Assembly (NCBI GenBank): GCA_037441385.1
Contig: JBBISH010000100.1
Span: 1-24,312, forward strand
Reading direction: 5' to 3'
DNA length: 24,312 nucleotides
Source: Myxococcales bacterium
Lineage (GTDB): Bacteria; Myxococcota_A; UBA9042
Shown: positions 8,889 through 17,666 of the stretch, piece after piece
Layout: each line of letters opens with the position of its first letter
How positions within the stretch are numbered: the stretch's first letter is position 1
Made by a program: the position numbers and the translations under genes
Notes under the pieces: model-generated
What the model was told of the DNA's origin: nothing
The model's input: the letters and a program-made list of their open reading frames with translations, nothing else
Databases searched by the model: none

Positions 8889-9929
8889 CTACAATGCTTG
8901 GGGCCGGCCCAAGTCCTGCATTCGCACCAGTTCCCGCAGCTGCTCGATGCGCTCGCCGGGCAAGAGCAAGGCCGCGGGCGACGTCAAGAAGCGGCGGATA
9001 CGCAGTCCATCCCCCAGCGCCTGCAGACAGTGGGCCTGCACTTGGGCCATCTCGGGCGACCGCGGCACCCGCTCGGCAAAGCGCACGGCGTCGTCGTAGC
9101 TGGACAAACGCGCGGCCGACAGCGCCAATAGCTGCCAGATGTGGTCGAGCTCGGCCGGCGACAGATAGGGTTCGTTGCGCGCCAAGTGCCCCAGACGCAA
9201 CGCCGCGGCGAAATCGCCCTGTGCATAGGCCTCGCGGGCCTGCTCGACCAGCTCGCGCACGCGACCGTGCTTCTTGTGCACCTTGGCTGCGCTGCTGTCT
9301 TCTACCGCCTGCAGCATCTGCCAGTTCTGGTACACCGACATGCCCAGGAACAGCGCGCCAAAGGTCTGGCCCATATTGAGCAGCACCACCGCCAGCACCG
9401 CGCCCACCACCATGCTGGCCACATGGGTCCAGCGCTCGGCGCGCACCGGCAACAAGAAGCGCAAGAAGGCGATCCGCATCAGCTGACCGCCGTCCAGGGG
9501 CCAGACGGGCAACAGGTTGTAGATCCCCCAAACCACGTTGAGCCAGATGAACATGCCGCCCAGCCCCATCGCGCGCTCGGGCAGGTGGTCCGCCACAAAG
9601 TAACCCAACACAGCCAAGATGAAATTGACTGCCGGACCGGCGGCGACAATCGCGAACTGCTGCCCCAGCCCGCGCGCCGGAGCATGGCGGGTAAAGCCGC
9701 CCAGGCTCACCAGATAGATCTCGGGGTCCAGGCGGTACAGCTTGGACAGCAGTCCGTGCCCCAGCTCGTGGGCCAGCACCGAAAAACTGCCCAACAACAT
9801 GAGCAACAGCGCTCCGGTGCCGCCCAAACTGCGCGACGCTGGCCAACCCAGCAGCAGAAGCATCCACAAAAAGTGCCAAAACGACACCGTGACGGGAATT
9901 CCAAACAAGACAAAGTTAGGCCGACCCAC
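8889..9929 (-). CDS. Site-2 protease (peptidase M50) with C-terminal TPR-like helical region
   Basis: HELGH zinc motif, AGPAVN, NLLPVWPLDGG, several TM segments and a soluble helical C-terminus. Start set at GTG 9929 because GGAGG lies 5 nt upstream of it and overlaps the GTG at 9935. Confidence 0.9.
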   Translation of the reverse strand: MGRPNFVLFGIPVTVSFWHFLWMLLLLGWPASRSLGGTGALLLMLLGSFSVLAHELGHGLLSKLYRLDPEIYLVSLGGFTRHAPARGLGQQFAIVAAGPAVNFILAVLGYFVADHLPERAMGLGGMFIWLNVVWGIYNLLPVWPLDGGQLMRIAFLRFLLPVRAERWTHVASMVVGAVLAVVLLNMGQTFGALFLGMSVYQNWQMLQAVEDSSAAKVHKKHGRVRELVEQAREAYAQGDFAAALRLGHLARNEPYLSPAELDHIWQLLALSAARLSSYDDAVRFAERVPRSPEMAQVQAHCLQALGDGLRIRRFLTSPAALLLPGERIEQLRELVRMQDLGRPQAL

Positions 9930-9944
9930 GCACACCTCCGCCGA

Positions 9945-11996
9945 TCAAGGTAGCACGTTCGGTCGGCGCTGCACGCCCGGCGGCAACATCAAGCCGCGCC
10001 GCAGGGGCGCCATGAGGGTGGGGCCGTGCTGGGCGGGCGTGGCGGGTTCGGCAAGGGGCACGGCCGGCTCGTCGGCCACCCCGCGCTCGGGCCAGCCAAG
10101 TCGGCGTCGCAGCTGGTTTTCGCGCCATACGGCCGCGCGCGACTGGGCGATCGGCAGCCCCCAGCCCCAGCCGAGCAATTGCCCCACGTCTTCGACGATC
10201 CCGGCCGCAGCTTGCCCCGCTTCGTCCAAGACCGGCGGCGGTGGCGGGGGCGGCCAGGACTCGGGCGCGGGGTTGCGGAACACCTGCCATCGACCGCGCT
10301 GGAACACCCTTTTCCATGTGCGCAGCATGGCTTCGTAGCGCGGCTCGGGCGAAAATGGGTCGCGCAACACCGCGATATAATCATAGAAGCGCGCGTGATC
10401 GAACCACGTCAGCTTCTCTTGGTCGTCGCCCGGCGGTTGCGGCAGCATACGGTCCGACTTCCAGCGCACTTGCTGCAACTGCGGGTCGATGAAGGGCGAC
10501 GGCACAACGCCCCCGCGAACCACCACATAGTAGGCCGCCACTTCGGTCAACAGCGGCGCCTGCATCCAGTGGCTCTCTGCGCTGGGGTGCAGCACCAACA
10601 GGTTCTTCTGCGGGGGCACCGCCTCGTAGGCCTCGCGCATCGAAGCGAATTCCGGCTGGATCAGCACGACCGAGCGCACGGTGGCCAGCGGCATCCACAC
10701 CGCCACCACAAACATGGCCAGCGTACCGGCCAGGGCGCGCCACCGCGCCTGCGGGGCCTGCAGTGGCGACAGCGGCAGCGCCAATACCCCCAGGATGCCG
10801 ACCACTTCGGTCAAGCGTGGCGCGACGCCGTGAATCCACACAGGCCGGAACACATGGGTCGGCAAAGCAAAATAGGCCACCAGCGCCAGCGTGAAGGCCC
10901 AGCCCAGGTACCAAGTGCCGTCGGGGCTGCGCGCGTGCAAGTCGCGATCAGGATGGCCATCTTGGGCATGGGTGACGCGCGCCCTGGTCTGCGCCACCGC
11001 GGCAAAAAGCCACAGCGCCAGGCCCAGCAGCCACAGCCCTGTCATCGGGTCGCCCGGCCGGTTGAACAGCAGGTCGGCCAAGCTCTCTAGCGTGGTGCCG
11101 CGCGGCGCAAACTGGTCGAACATGTGCGAAAACAGCCCCTTGAGGCTGTCGACCGGCAGCGTCCATTCGGCCTGGAAGGGGCCGCCAGAAACCACGTCGC
11201 GCCGCAGCCAGGGCATCAAAACGGCCAGCGACGGCACACTGAGCAGCAGGTCCCGCCCAAGTGCCAGCGCCGCCGCGCCAAACCGCCGCCCTGGGCTTCC
11301 GTGGTCGCGCCGCCAAACCATCGCGGCCGCCAAGATCGGCAGCATCGCCACGGCCATGAACCACAGCAGCAGGTGAGTCACCGCCAAGACACCGGTCACC
11401 GCGGCCACGGCCAGCGCCCGCCACGGCCCCGGATGCCGCACGTAGGGCAAGTGGATCGACAAAAGCAGCAGAAACACCGGCAACCCAACGATCGCCCCGA
11501 TGTGCCCCACGAACACGTCGGCGTGCCAGAGCCACGGCAGCACCGCCAGCATCAGCCAGCGCGAGTGCCCTGCCGCCTGGTTCAGACGCCAGGCCGCCCC
11601 CGCAACGGCGACGATGCACAGGCCCAACAGCACCTTCCACGCCAGCGGCACGCCAAACAGCGGCGCCAGCAGCGTGAGCACGCCCACGCCCAAGTGATTG
11701 GGCACGGGGTAGTTCACCCGCTGGAAGTCGCGGTGGTACGAAGGCACCACGTTCCAGTCGTAGATGACCGAAGCCTGGTGCTGAACCTGGGGTGCATCCA
11801 AAATCGGTGTGATTTCACCGGCAAACAACGGCCACAGCGCCAGCACCGTCAACAAGACCACGGACGCGACGGCCACCCCTGGCAGCGGGTCGCGGGCCGC
11901 GAGGGGCGCGCTGCGCACGGTGGCGTCGGGGCCTACCAGCAGGGGCGGCGCCTGGTCAGCTTGCGGCGCCTGATTCGATTGCAGCGCCTGGGACAT
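9945..11996 (-). CDS. Polytopic membrane protein, possibly a GT-C-type glycosyltransferase
   Basis: 683 aa with about 10-12 hydrophobic segments, an Asp-containing loop after TM1 (ITPILDAPQVQH), a soluble C-terminal domain and a poly-Pro tract. Lies 9 bp from the next ORF. Function is inferred. Confidence 0.7.
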   Translation of the reverse strand: MSQALQSNQAPQADQAPPLLVGPDATVRSAPLAARDPLPGVAVASVVLLTVLALWPLFAGEITPILDAPQVQHQASVIYDWNVVPSYHRDFQRVNYPVPNHLGVGVLTLLAPLFGVPLAWKVLLGLCIVAVAGAAWRLNQAAGHSRWLMLAVLPWLWHADVFVGHIGAIVGLPVFLLLLSIHLPYVRHPGPWRALAVAAVTGVLAVTHLLLWFMAVAMLPILAAAMVWRRDHGSPGRRFGAAALALGRDLLLSVPSLAVLMPWLRRDVVSGGPFQAEWTLPVDSLKGLFSHMFDQFAPRGTTLESLADLLFNRPGDPMTGLWLLGLALWLFAAVAQTRARVTHAQDGHPDRDLHARSPDGTWYLGWAFTLALVAYFALPTHVFRPVWIHGVAPRLTEVVGILGVLALPLSPLQAPQARWRALAGTLAMFVVAVWMPLATVRSVVLIQPEFASMREAYEAVPPQKNLLVLHPSAESHWMQAPLLTEVAAYYVVVRGGVVPSPFIDPQLQQVRWKSDRMLPQPPGDDQEKLTWFDHARFYDYIAVLRDPFSPEPRYEAMLRTWKRVFQRGRWQVFRNPAPESWPPPPPPPVLDEAGQAAAGIVEDVGQLLGWGWGLPIAQSRAAVWRENQLRRRLGWPERGVADEPAVPLAEPATPAQHGPTLMAPLRRGLMLPPGVQRRPNVLP

Positions 11997-12077
11997 CGCG
12001 GCGGGAACTCACAGGGGGTCCAAGAAACCCGAACGGCCAAATGGTTTGCCCAGCGAGAGGGCGGAGGGGGCGAACCG

Positions 12078-13664
12078 CTACTTGGCCGGTGCAGCCGCGT
12101 CGGGCTTGGCGGCCTTCTTGGCCTTGTCCTTTTCGACCTTTTCCTTGGCCTCGTTCTCGGCCCAGGGCGCCAGCACCTTGGCCTTGCGCTCAAAGCTGTA
12201 GCTGGCGAAGTACTGCCGCCACTTGCTGGTCTCGGCGTCGATCTTGCCTTCGGACGCCAGCTTCTGAGTCGCGGCCACAAAGTCGGCCACGTCCACCGCG
12301 GCCTGCACCAAATCGATCAGGCTGAGCGGCGCGTCCACGTTGATGACGGCCTGCACGTTCTTGGTCCCCATCGGGTCTTTCTTGTCAAAGTTGCGCAGCG
12401 CGGTGACCGAGGCGGCATCGCCCAACACCGCCAGGCAGCGGCTGGCGACGATGCGGTCGATCAAGCGCGGGCTGGCGGTCAGCATGCGGACCAACTCGGG
12501 ACGCACCGCGTCGCCGCCGATGGCCAGGATTTCGTTCTTGCAGGTGTCGACGAGCAACTTTTGCACATCGTTGTCGCCGTGCGGCGGGCCTTTGCCGTAC
12601 AGATCGTCGTCGGGCATCTTCGCCATCGCGGCCTTGAAGCCTTCCAGCCCGGCGTTGGCGGCGTACAGCTGCAGCGCCCACCAGCGGTCGTCGCAGTTGG
12701 ACGAGGTCAGGTACTTTTCGAGCACGGGCGCGACCTGGGCCCAGCCTTCTTTGATGGCCTTCTTGTTGGCTTCGCCGACCTTCTTGTCATCGGGATCGGC
12801 CCATTCCAGGGCGGCGCGGACCGCCAGCTCGCCGGCGCGCTTGTCGTCGGGGTGAATCTTCTCGCCCGGCTTGGCCAAGATGATCTTGTTCAGGTACAGC
12901 TCCAAGAAGTACACGAAGCCGTCCAGGCTAGAGGTCGCCTGGATCGCGCCCAGATCGTCCTCCGTGATCTTGACGTTCTTGGTATTGGTGTGGAAGTAGC
13001 GCAAACCGCGCACGATTGCCTTGTTGGCCTCCGGCGTCTTCATCCCCTTCAAGAGCGCCAGGATTTCGCCCTTGGCCAGACCCTTGCTCAGCATGATCTC
13101 GGCGCCCGGCACCGCGTCGGCGCCCAGCAGCAGGATCTCGTCCGGGGTCACGCGGTCCTTCAGCTTGTCTTTGACGCGCTCCAGCGGATCGTCGGGCGAC
13201 AGGTCGCCAAAGGCCCACTTGGAAACTTGCGCCCGCAACTCGGCCACTTTGGCCGCCGGCATCGAGGGGTCCTTCATCATGTCGAACAGAACTTTCTTGC
13301 CGTGCGCTTGCTTCTTGGGGTTGCCGTCGCTCAGCAGCTTGAACATCGCGGGCTGCAGACCGATCAGCAGTTCGACCTTGTCCGGCGCTTTTTCGACCAC
13401 GGCCTGCACTTGCGAGGGCTGGCCACCTTCGGACACCAGGATCTCCAGGGCGCGCACGCGGGTCTTGGTGTCGTTGTTCTTGTCGGCCACGTAGGCGGCC
13501 ATTTCGGTCCAGCCGGCCTCGTTGTTCATCCACAACCGGAAGTTCTCTTCCGGATCGCCCTTGCCGCAGGCGCTCAGCGCACCCGCCACGACGGCGAGCA
13601 CTGCCGCCCCCTGCGCCGCCTTGCGCAGCAAGCGCTTGGATTCACGAACGATTGCCATCTGCAT
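12078..13664 (-). CDS. Lipoprotein with HEAT/ARM-like helical repeats
   Basis: GGGAGG 6 nt before ATG 13664. MQMAIVRESKRLLRKAAQGAAVLAVVAGALSAC is a signal with lipobox LSAC. 528 aa with strong GC3 bias and helical motifs (RVRALEIL, DRWWALQL, RIVASRCLAVLGDAASVTAL). Confidence 0.8.
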   Translation of the reverse strand: MQMAIVRESKRLLRKAAQGAAVLAVVAGALSACGKGDPEENFRLWMNNEAGWTEMAAYVADKNNDTKTRVRALEILVSEGGQPSQVQAVVEKAPDKVELLIGLQPAMFKLLSDGNPKKQAHGKKVLFDMMKDPSMPAAKVAELRAQVSKWAFGDLSPDDPLERVKDKLKDRVTPDEILLLGADAVPGAEIMLSKGLAKGEILALLKGMKTPEANKAIVRGLRYFHTNTKNVKITEDDLGAIQATSSLDGFVYFLELYLNKIILAKPGEKIHPDDKRAGELAVRAALEWADPDDKKVGEANKKAIKEGWAQVAPVLEKYLTSSNCDDRWWALQLYAANAGLEGFKAAMAKMPDDDLYGKGPPHGDNDVQKLLVDTCKNEILAIGGDAVRPELVRMLTASPRLIDRIVASRCLAVLGDAASVTALRNFDKKDPMGTKNVQAVINVDAPLSLIDLVQAAVDVADFVAATQKLASEGKIDAETSKWRQYFASYSFERKAKVLAPWAENEAKEKVEKDKAKKAAKPDAAAPAK

Positions 13665-13936
13665 CTCGGGCCTCCCCTGGGCCCCCGCCGCCATTGACGG
13701 GGACGTCGCTGTGCGCGCGCGCTCCTGGATTCGGCAACTTCGGCCTCGCCAAGCGGAGTGACGTTGCCAGACGCGCGCCAGGGATGGTAGTACGAACAAG
13801 GCAACAGGGCAAACGCGCCGAGTCACCGACTTGCCGCCTCGCCTCTGCGAATCAGCGACGTTCCGCCCGGCTGCAGCGGACGCGGGCCGACCAAGGCTCA
13901 CCACCACGACCCGCGCTGGGTCTAGACGAGGACCAA

Positions 13937-14290
13937 ATGGCAATCGGCAGAGGCCCCGTAGGTTCGGACAAGGCTGCACAGCAAATGGCGCACCTGGAAC
14001 AGCGCCTGGAAGTGGTGCGTCGCAAGTTCAATATGTTTTTCAACGGATTTGAGAAAGTACCGCCGAACTCAGAGTTCGAGACACTCAAGCGCGAGTTCCG
14101 CGAGTTCAGCAGCCAGGGTTTCTCGTCGCCCACCTTCCGCTTCAAGGCGCAGAACCTGATCGCCAAGTGGAATTTGATGCGCACGACCTGGGAGCGCGAC
14201 CTGGTGCGCATGGAAGAAGGGCGCTTCAAGCCGAACGCGCACCACGCGTCGCACGCCAAGGACTTAGGCAACGTCGACGAAGTGGAGTAA
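13937..14290 (+). CDS. Small helical hypothetical protein (117 aa)
   Basis: GAGGA RBS before ATG 13937. LEQRLEVVRRKFNMFFNGFEKVPP...FRFKAQNLIAKWNLMRTTWERDLVRMEEG resembles the N-terminal domain of myxobacterial MXAN_5187-C-domain proteins (from memory). Confidence 0.75.
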   Translation: MAIGRGPVGSDKAAQQMAHLEQRLEVVRRKFNMFFNGFEKVPPNSEFETLKREFREFSSQGFSSPTFRFKAQNLIAKWNLMRTTWERDLVRMEEGRFKPNAHHASHAKDLGNVDEVE

Positions 14291-14305
14291 GTTCAGATCA
14301 TTAGA

Positions 14306-16018
14306 TTAGACGGGGGACCATCCATGGGCCAACTCGTCGTCGCGCTCGCTCTGCGCCTGCTCGTCCAGCTCCGCGGCGCGCTGGCGGGCTTGAGCGACTG
14401 CCGGCTCTAGCTCGGCCAGCAGATCGGCAATGCCGGCGCGGGTTCTTGCCGACACCTGCCACGCGTCGTACAGCCCCACCACTTCGCGCAGGGCCGCCGG
14501 GTCGGCGACGGCATCGCATTTGTTCACCAGGATGCGCCGCGGCGCGTCGCCCAGGTCGTGGTCTGCCAAGATCCGCAACACCGAGGCCAGTTGCCGCTCC
14601 ATCTGCCGGTGAGCCGCGTCGACGACGACCACCACCAGGTCGGCGGCGTGCACTTCTTCCAGCGTGGCCTCGAAGGCGCCCAGCAGTTCCTTGGGCAAAT
14701 CGCGAATGAACCCAACGGTATCCGTGACAACCACCGGCGCACCACCTGGCAGATGGAGACGCCGCGTGGTGGGGTCCAGGGTCGCGAACAGCAGATTCTC
14801 GGTGTAGGCGTCGCTCTTAGCCAATGCGTTCAAAACACTCGACTTGCCCACGTTGGTGTAGCCCACCAGCGCAATCGACGGCACCTCGCTGCGCTGGGCG
14901 CGGCGCACGCCACGGCCGCGCTTGAGGCGTTCCAGCTCGTCTTCCAGGCGGTGGATGCGGTCGCGCGCGCGCCGTCGGTCGATCTCGAGCTTGGTCTCGC
15001 CAGGGCCCACGCCCCCGATGCCGCCCGCCAGGCGCGACAGGGCGTTGTCGCGATCGCCCAAGCGCGGCAGCGAGTAGCGCAGCTGGGCCAATTCCACCTG
15101 CAACTTGCCATCTTGGCTGCGGGCGCGCCGGGCAAAGATGTCCAAAATCAGCTGGGTGCGATCGAGCACCTTCAGCTCGGCCTGGTTGGCAATCGACTTG
15201 CTTTGGCTGGGCGTCAGCTCGCGGTCAAAGATCAAAGCTGTCGCGTCAGCCTGCAGGGCTTTCAGCGTAATCTCGGCCAGCTTGCCCGATCCGATGAGCG
15301 TGCGCTTGTCGATGTCGCGGCGGCGCTGAATGACCCGCGCCACCACTTCGACATGGGCCGTCCGCGCCAATTCCTCCAGCTCGTCCAGGCGATCCTCCGC
15401 CTCGGCGATCGCGTCGGGGCCGACATGGACCAGCACGGCGCGCGCCCGTGCATCGACCAGCCGCCCTGCCGGCCGCACCCGCGCCAGGTGGCTCTCCAGC
15501 TCGGCGACAAAGGCGGCGCAGTCAAATTGCAGAGTCGCCCAGAGCTGTTGCGGCAATACCGCCGTGGGCTCCACGCTGAGATACGGCGCGGCCTGCCGCT
15601 CGGTGGCCAGGTGCGCGATCGAAACCAGCTGCGGCAGCCCGCTCTGCTGGGTGAGCGCCGCCACCAGGTCTAGGCCCAGCCGCGCCAAGTCGTTCAGGTC
15701 GTCGGCGTCGACCGGTTCGCCCTTGAGGTGGACGTGAACCAGCCGTAGACCGCGCAACCGCCCGGAATCCTTACCCCAACGCCCCAGATCGGGGAGCATG
15801 AGCTGATGGTCGTCGCCCACCAGCGCGTGCGTCACCTGCCCAGTCCGATCGATGAGCACGCCGACTTGGCGGCCCAGCCGTTCGGCCAAACCGCACAAAC
15901 GCACGGCGAGCGCGTCCGAGCAGAGCTCGTGCGGCACGACGCGCTGATGACCAAGCCGTTCCAGCGAGCGACGCTCGAGGGCGGACAGACCGGTTACATT
16001 TCCGTGGAGTTGAGTCAG
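14306..16018 (-). CDS. hflX: GTPase HflX, long N-terminal form; probable CTG start
   Basis: G1 GYTNVGKS, G2 LFATLDPT, G3 DTVGFI, G4 NKCD, plus LILDIFARRA, LQVELAQLRYSLPRL and GPGETKLE. Similarity continues 27 codons upstream of the track's GTG (15937) as LTQLHGNVTGLSALERRSLERL, up to CTG at 16018. Confidence 0.93.
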   Translation of the reverse strand: MTQLHGNVTGLSALERRSLERLGHQRVVPHELCSDALAVRLCGLAERLGRQVGVLIDRTGQVTHALVGDDHQLMLPDLGRWGKDSGRLRGLRLVHVHLKGEPVDADDLNDLARLGLDLVAALTQQSGLPQLVSIAHLATERQAAPYLSVEPTAVLPQQLWATLQFDCAAFVAELESHLARVRPAGRLVDARARAVLVHVGPDAIAEAEDRLDELEELARTAHVEVVARVIQRRRDIDKRTLIGSGKLAEITLKALQADATALIFDRELTPSQSKSIANQAELKVLDRTQLILDIFARRARSQDGKLQVELAQLRYSLPRLGDRDNALSRLAGGIGGVGPGETKLEIDRRRARDRIHRLEDELERLKRGRGVRRAQRSEVPSIALVGYTNVGKSSVLNALAKSDAYTENLLFATLDPTTRRLHLPGGAPVVVTDTVGFIRDLPKELLGAFEATLEEVHAADLVVVVVDAAHRQMERQLASVLRILADHDLGDAPRRILVNKCDAVADPAALREVVGLYDAWQVSARTRAGIADLLAELEPAVAQARQRAAELDEQAQSERDDELAHGWSPV

Positions 16019-16054
16019 GGGCGGCCCGATTCGACGCTAGGTGAGGGTGCGAAG

Positions 16055-16849
16055 CTAGTTCAGGTTGATGGTCGAGCCCTTGACCGTCATGGTGCTGGAC
16101 GACTTGATGTCCATGGTCGAGCCGGCCTTGGTCTCGGTCGAGCTGCCCGACTCTTGCTTGATGGTCGAGTCGGCCTTGATCACCAGATCCTTGCACTGCA
16201 TGGTGATGGTCTTCTCGGCTTTGATCAGCATGTCGCCGGTCTTGCACTCGATGGTGATCTTCTTGTTCTTGGTGTCGATCAGGATGTAGTGCTCTTGGGT
16301 GTGGTCGTAGATCTCGATCTGATCGACCTTGCCCGACTGGTCCAGGGCGATCCAGTGGCCGTCGCGCTGCTTGGGATCCTTCTCTTCGTCTTTGGCCTTG
16401 ACCAGGTTCTGCAGCACGATGCGCTCGGTGCCTTCCTTGTTGTCGACGAACTGCAGCATGTGGCCCGAGCGCGAGCGAATCGACCGGAAGTAGTTCTTGC
16501 CGCTCTGCTCCTGGTTGGCGTGGATGGGCGTGTCGACGCCGTTCCACAGCGAGCCGATGACAAAGGCGCGCCGCACGTCGCCGTGCTCAAAGGCGATCAG
16601 GACTTCGTCGTCCACTTCGGGCAGCCAGAAGGCGCCGCGATCCTTGCCGGCCATGAAGGTGGCGATACGGCACCACGAGGTACGAAAGTCTTCGTCGTCC
16701 TTCGCGTCGGTGTACTTGGCGTCGCTTTCTGACACCCAGGGGAACTTGACTTTGACGCGGTAGTGGCCGTCGGGATCCTTGTTGTCGACGACGACGCCAA
16801 CCACAACCCCTTGAACTTTGAAGGCTTCGCGCTTGCGTTCCATCAGCAT
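16055..16849 (-). CDS. Baseplate spike protein (phage gpV / Gp5 / VgrG OB-fold plus beta-repeat), eCIS-like
   Basis: GVVVGVVVDNKDPDGHYRVKVKFPW...WCR...AGKDRGAFWLPEVDDEVLIAFEHGDVRRAFVIGSLWN is the Gp5/VgrG OB-fold signature. It is followed by SRSGH and ~8-aa beta repeats ending TVKGSTINLN. GAGGT RBS; ATG at 16849 or 16843. Confidence 0.9.
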   Translation of the reverse strand: MLMERKREAFKVQGVVVGVVVDNKDPDGHYRVKVKFPWVSESDAKYTDAKDDEDFRTSWCRIATFMAGKDRGAFWLPEVDDEVLIAFEHGDVRRAFVIGSLWNGVDTPIHANQEQSGKNYFRSIRSRSGHMLQFVDNKEGTERIVLQNLVKAKDEEKDPKQRDGHWIALDQSGKVDQIEIYDHTQEHYILIDTKNKKITIECKTGDMLIKAEKTITMQCKDLVIKADSTIKQESGSSTETKAGSTMDIKSSSTMTVKGSTINLN

Positions 16850-17114
16850 TGCGACCTCGCTCTTGGACCGAATGGCGGCAGGCCCCCTGCTTGCCGGGCG
16901 CGCGTTTGAAAAGGGTGGTTGCCGTGCGCGCGTATGAAGTGTGCGCCCAAAGCGCGGCGACTTCAGCGGTCAAGGTAACGCCGCTGGGCGCCGCCTGCAA
17001 CCGGGACCGCCAAGCCCCAGGCGGCCCTGGGGTCTAGGCGCCCCGTTTTGGCGATCGGTGCTGCCGGCGAACCGCTGCGGGGGGCCGCCGTGGCGATTCC
17101 GTGGCGTCGCGTCC

Positions 17115-17143
17115 TTGATTTTTGGGCCCCATGGCGGTATTCC
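17115..17143 (+). promoter_or_regulatory. Possible sigma70-type promoter of the nuo operon
   Basis: TTGATT-N17-TATTCC, about 140 bp upstream of nuoA. Motif match only. Confidence 0.35.
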
Positions 17144-17282
17144 GCCCGGCGGACTGGAGCTGGCGTTTGGCCAGCGCCTTGGCGTTTTCGCGTCCACCTG
17201 GCTATCCAGAGGCGGATCCGGCCCGAGCAGATGCTGCTCTGGACAGAATGAACGGTGCGCCGGCCCCAGGAAAGGAGCTCGC

Positions 17283-17666
17283 ATGTTGAGCACACAACTC
17301 GGCTACATCTCGATACTTACCGTGCTCGCCGTCGTCGCTGTGATGGGCGCGGCGATCCTGGTGCTGAACTGGCTGGTCGGCCCCAAGCGCACGAGTCCGG
17401 TCAAGCAGGCCGCCTTTGAGTGCGGCTCGGATCCGATCGGCTCGCCGCGGCAGCGTTTCAGCGTCAAGTTCTACTTGGTGGCGATCTTCTTCATCGTTTT
17501 CGACATCGAGTCCGTGTTCTTGTACCCGTGGGCCGGCATGTTCCGCGACCTGCTGGTCGAGCCGGGCATCGGCTTGGTGACACTGGCCGAAATGTTCCTG
17601 TTCATTGGCATTCTTGGCGCGGGCCTGGCCTACGTGTGGCGCCGCGGCGCGCTGGACTGGGAGTGA
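17283..17666 (+). CDS. nuoA: NADH-quinone oxidoreductase subunit A
   Basis: AAGGAG RBS, ATG 17283, 127 aa. FECG, RFSVKFYLVAIFFIVFDIE, LYPWA, GALDWE. Confidence 0.96.
   Translation: MLSTQLGYISILTVLAVVAVMGAAILVLNWLVGPKRTSPVKQAAFECGSDPIGSPRQRFSVKFYLVAIFFIVFDIESVFLYPWAGMFRDLLVEPGIGLVTLAEMFLFIGILGAGLAYVWRRGALDWE

Noticed and set aside
2111..13697. Long plus-strand ORFs such as 2111-4405 (764 aa) and 11124-13697 (857 aa)
   Set aside because: Stop-poor antisense frames typical of high-GC DNA. They overlap well-supported minus-strand genes and have no recognisable motifs.
13764..13793. TTGCCA-N18-TAGTAC as a promoter for the 13937 gene
   Set aside because: The match is too weak to list without TSS data.
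13665..13979. N-terminal extensions of ORFs 12078-13979 (-) and 13652-14290 (+), which would make overlapping divergent genes
   Set aside because: RBS and signal-peptide evidence place the starts at 13664 and 13937, leaving an ordinary 272-bp divergent intergenic region.
16055..16849. Prophage or T6SS cluster
   Set aside because: No other phage or tss genes, integrase or att sites are present, and the protein lacks the Gp27-like hub of a full VgrG.
16941..17282. 114-aa N-terminal extension of NuoA
   Set aside because: A strong AAGGAG precedes ATG 17283, and NuoA similarity begins there.
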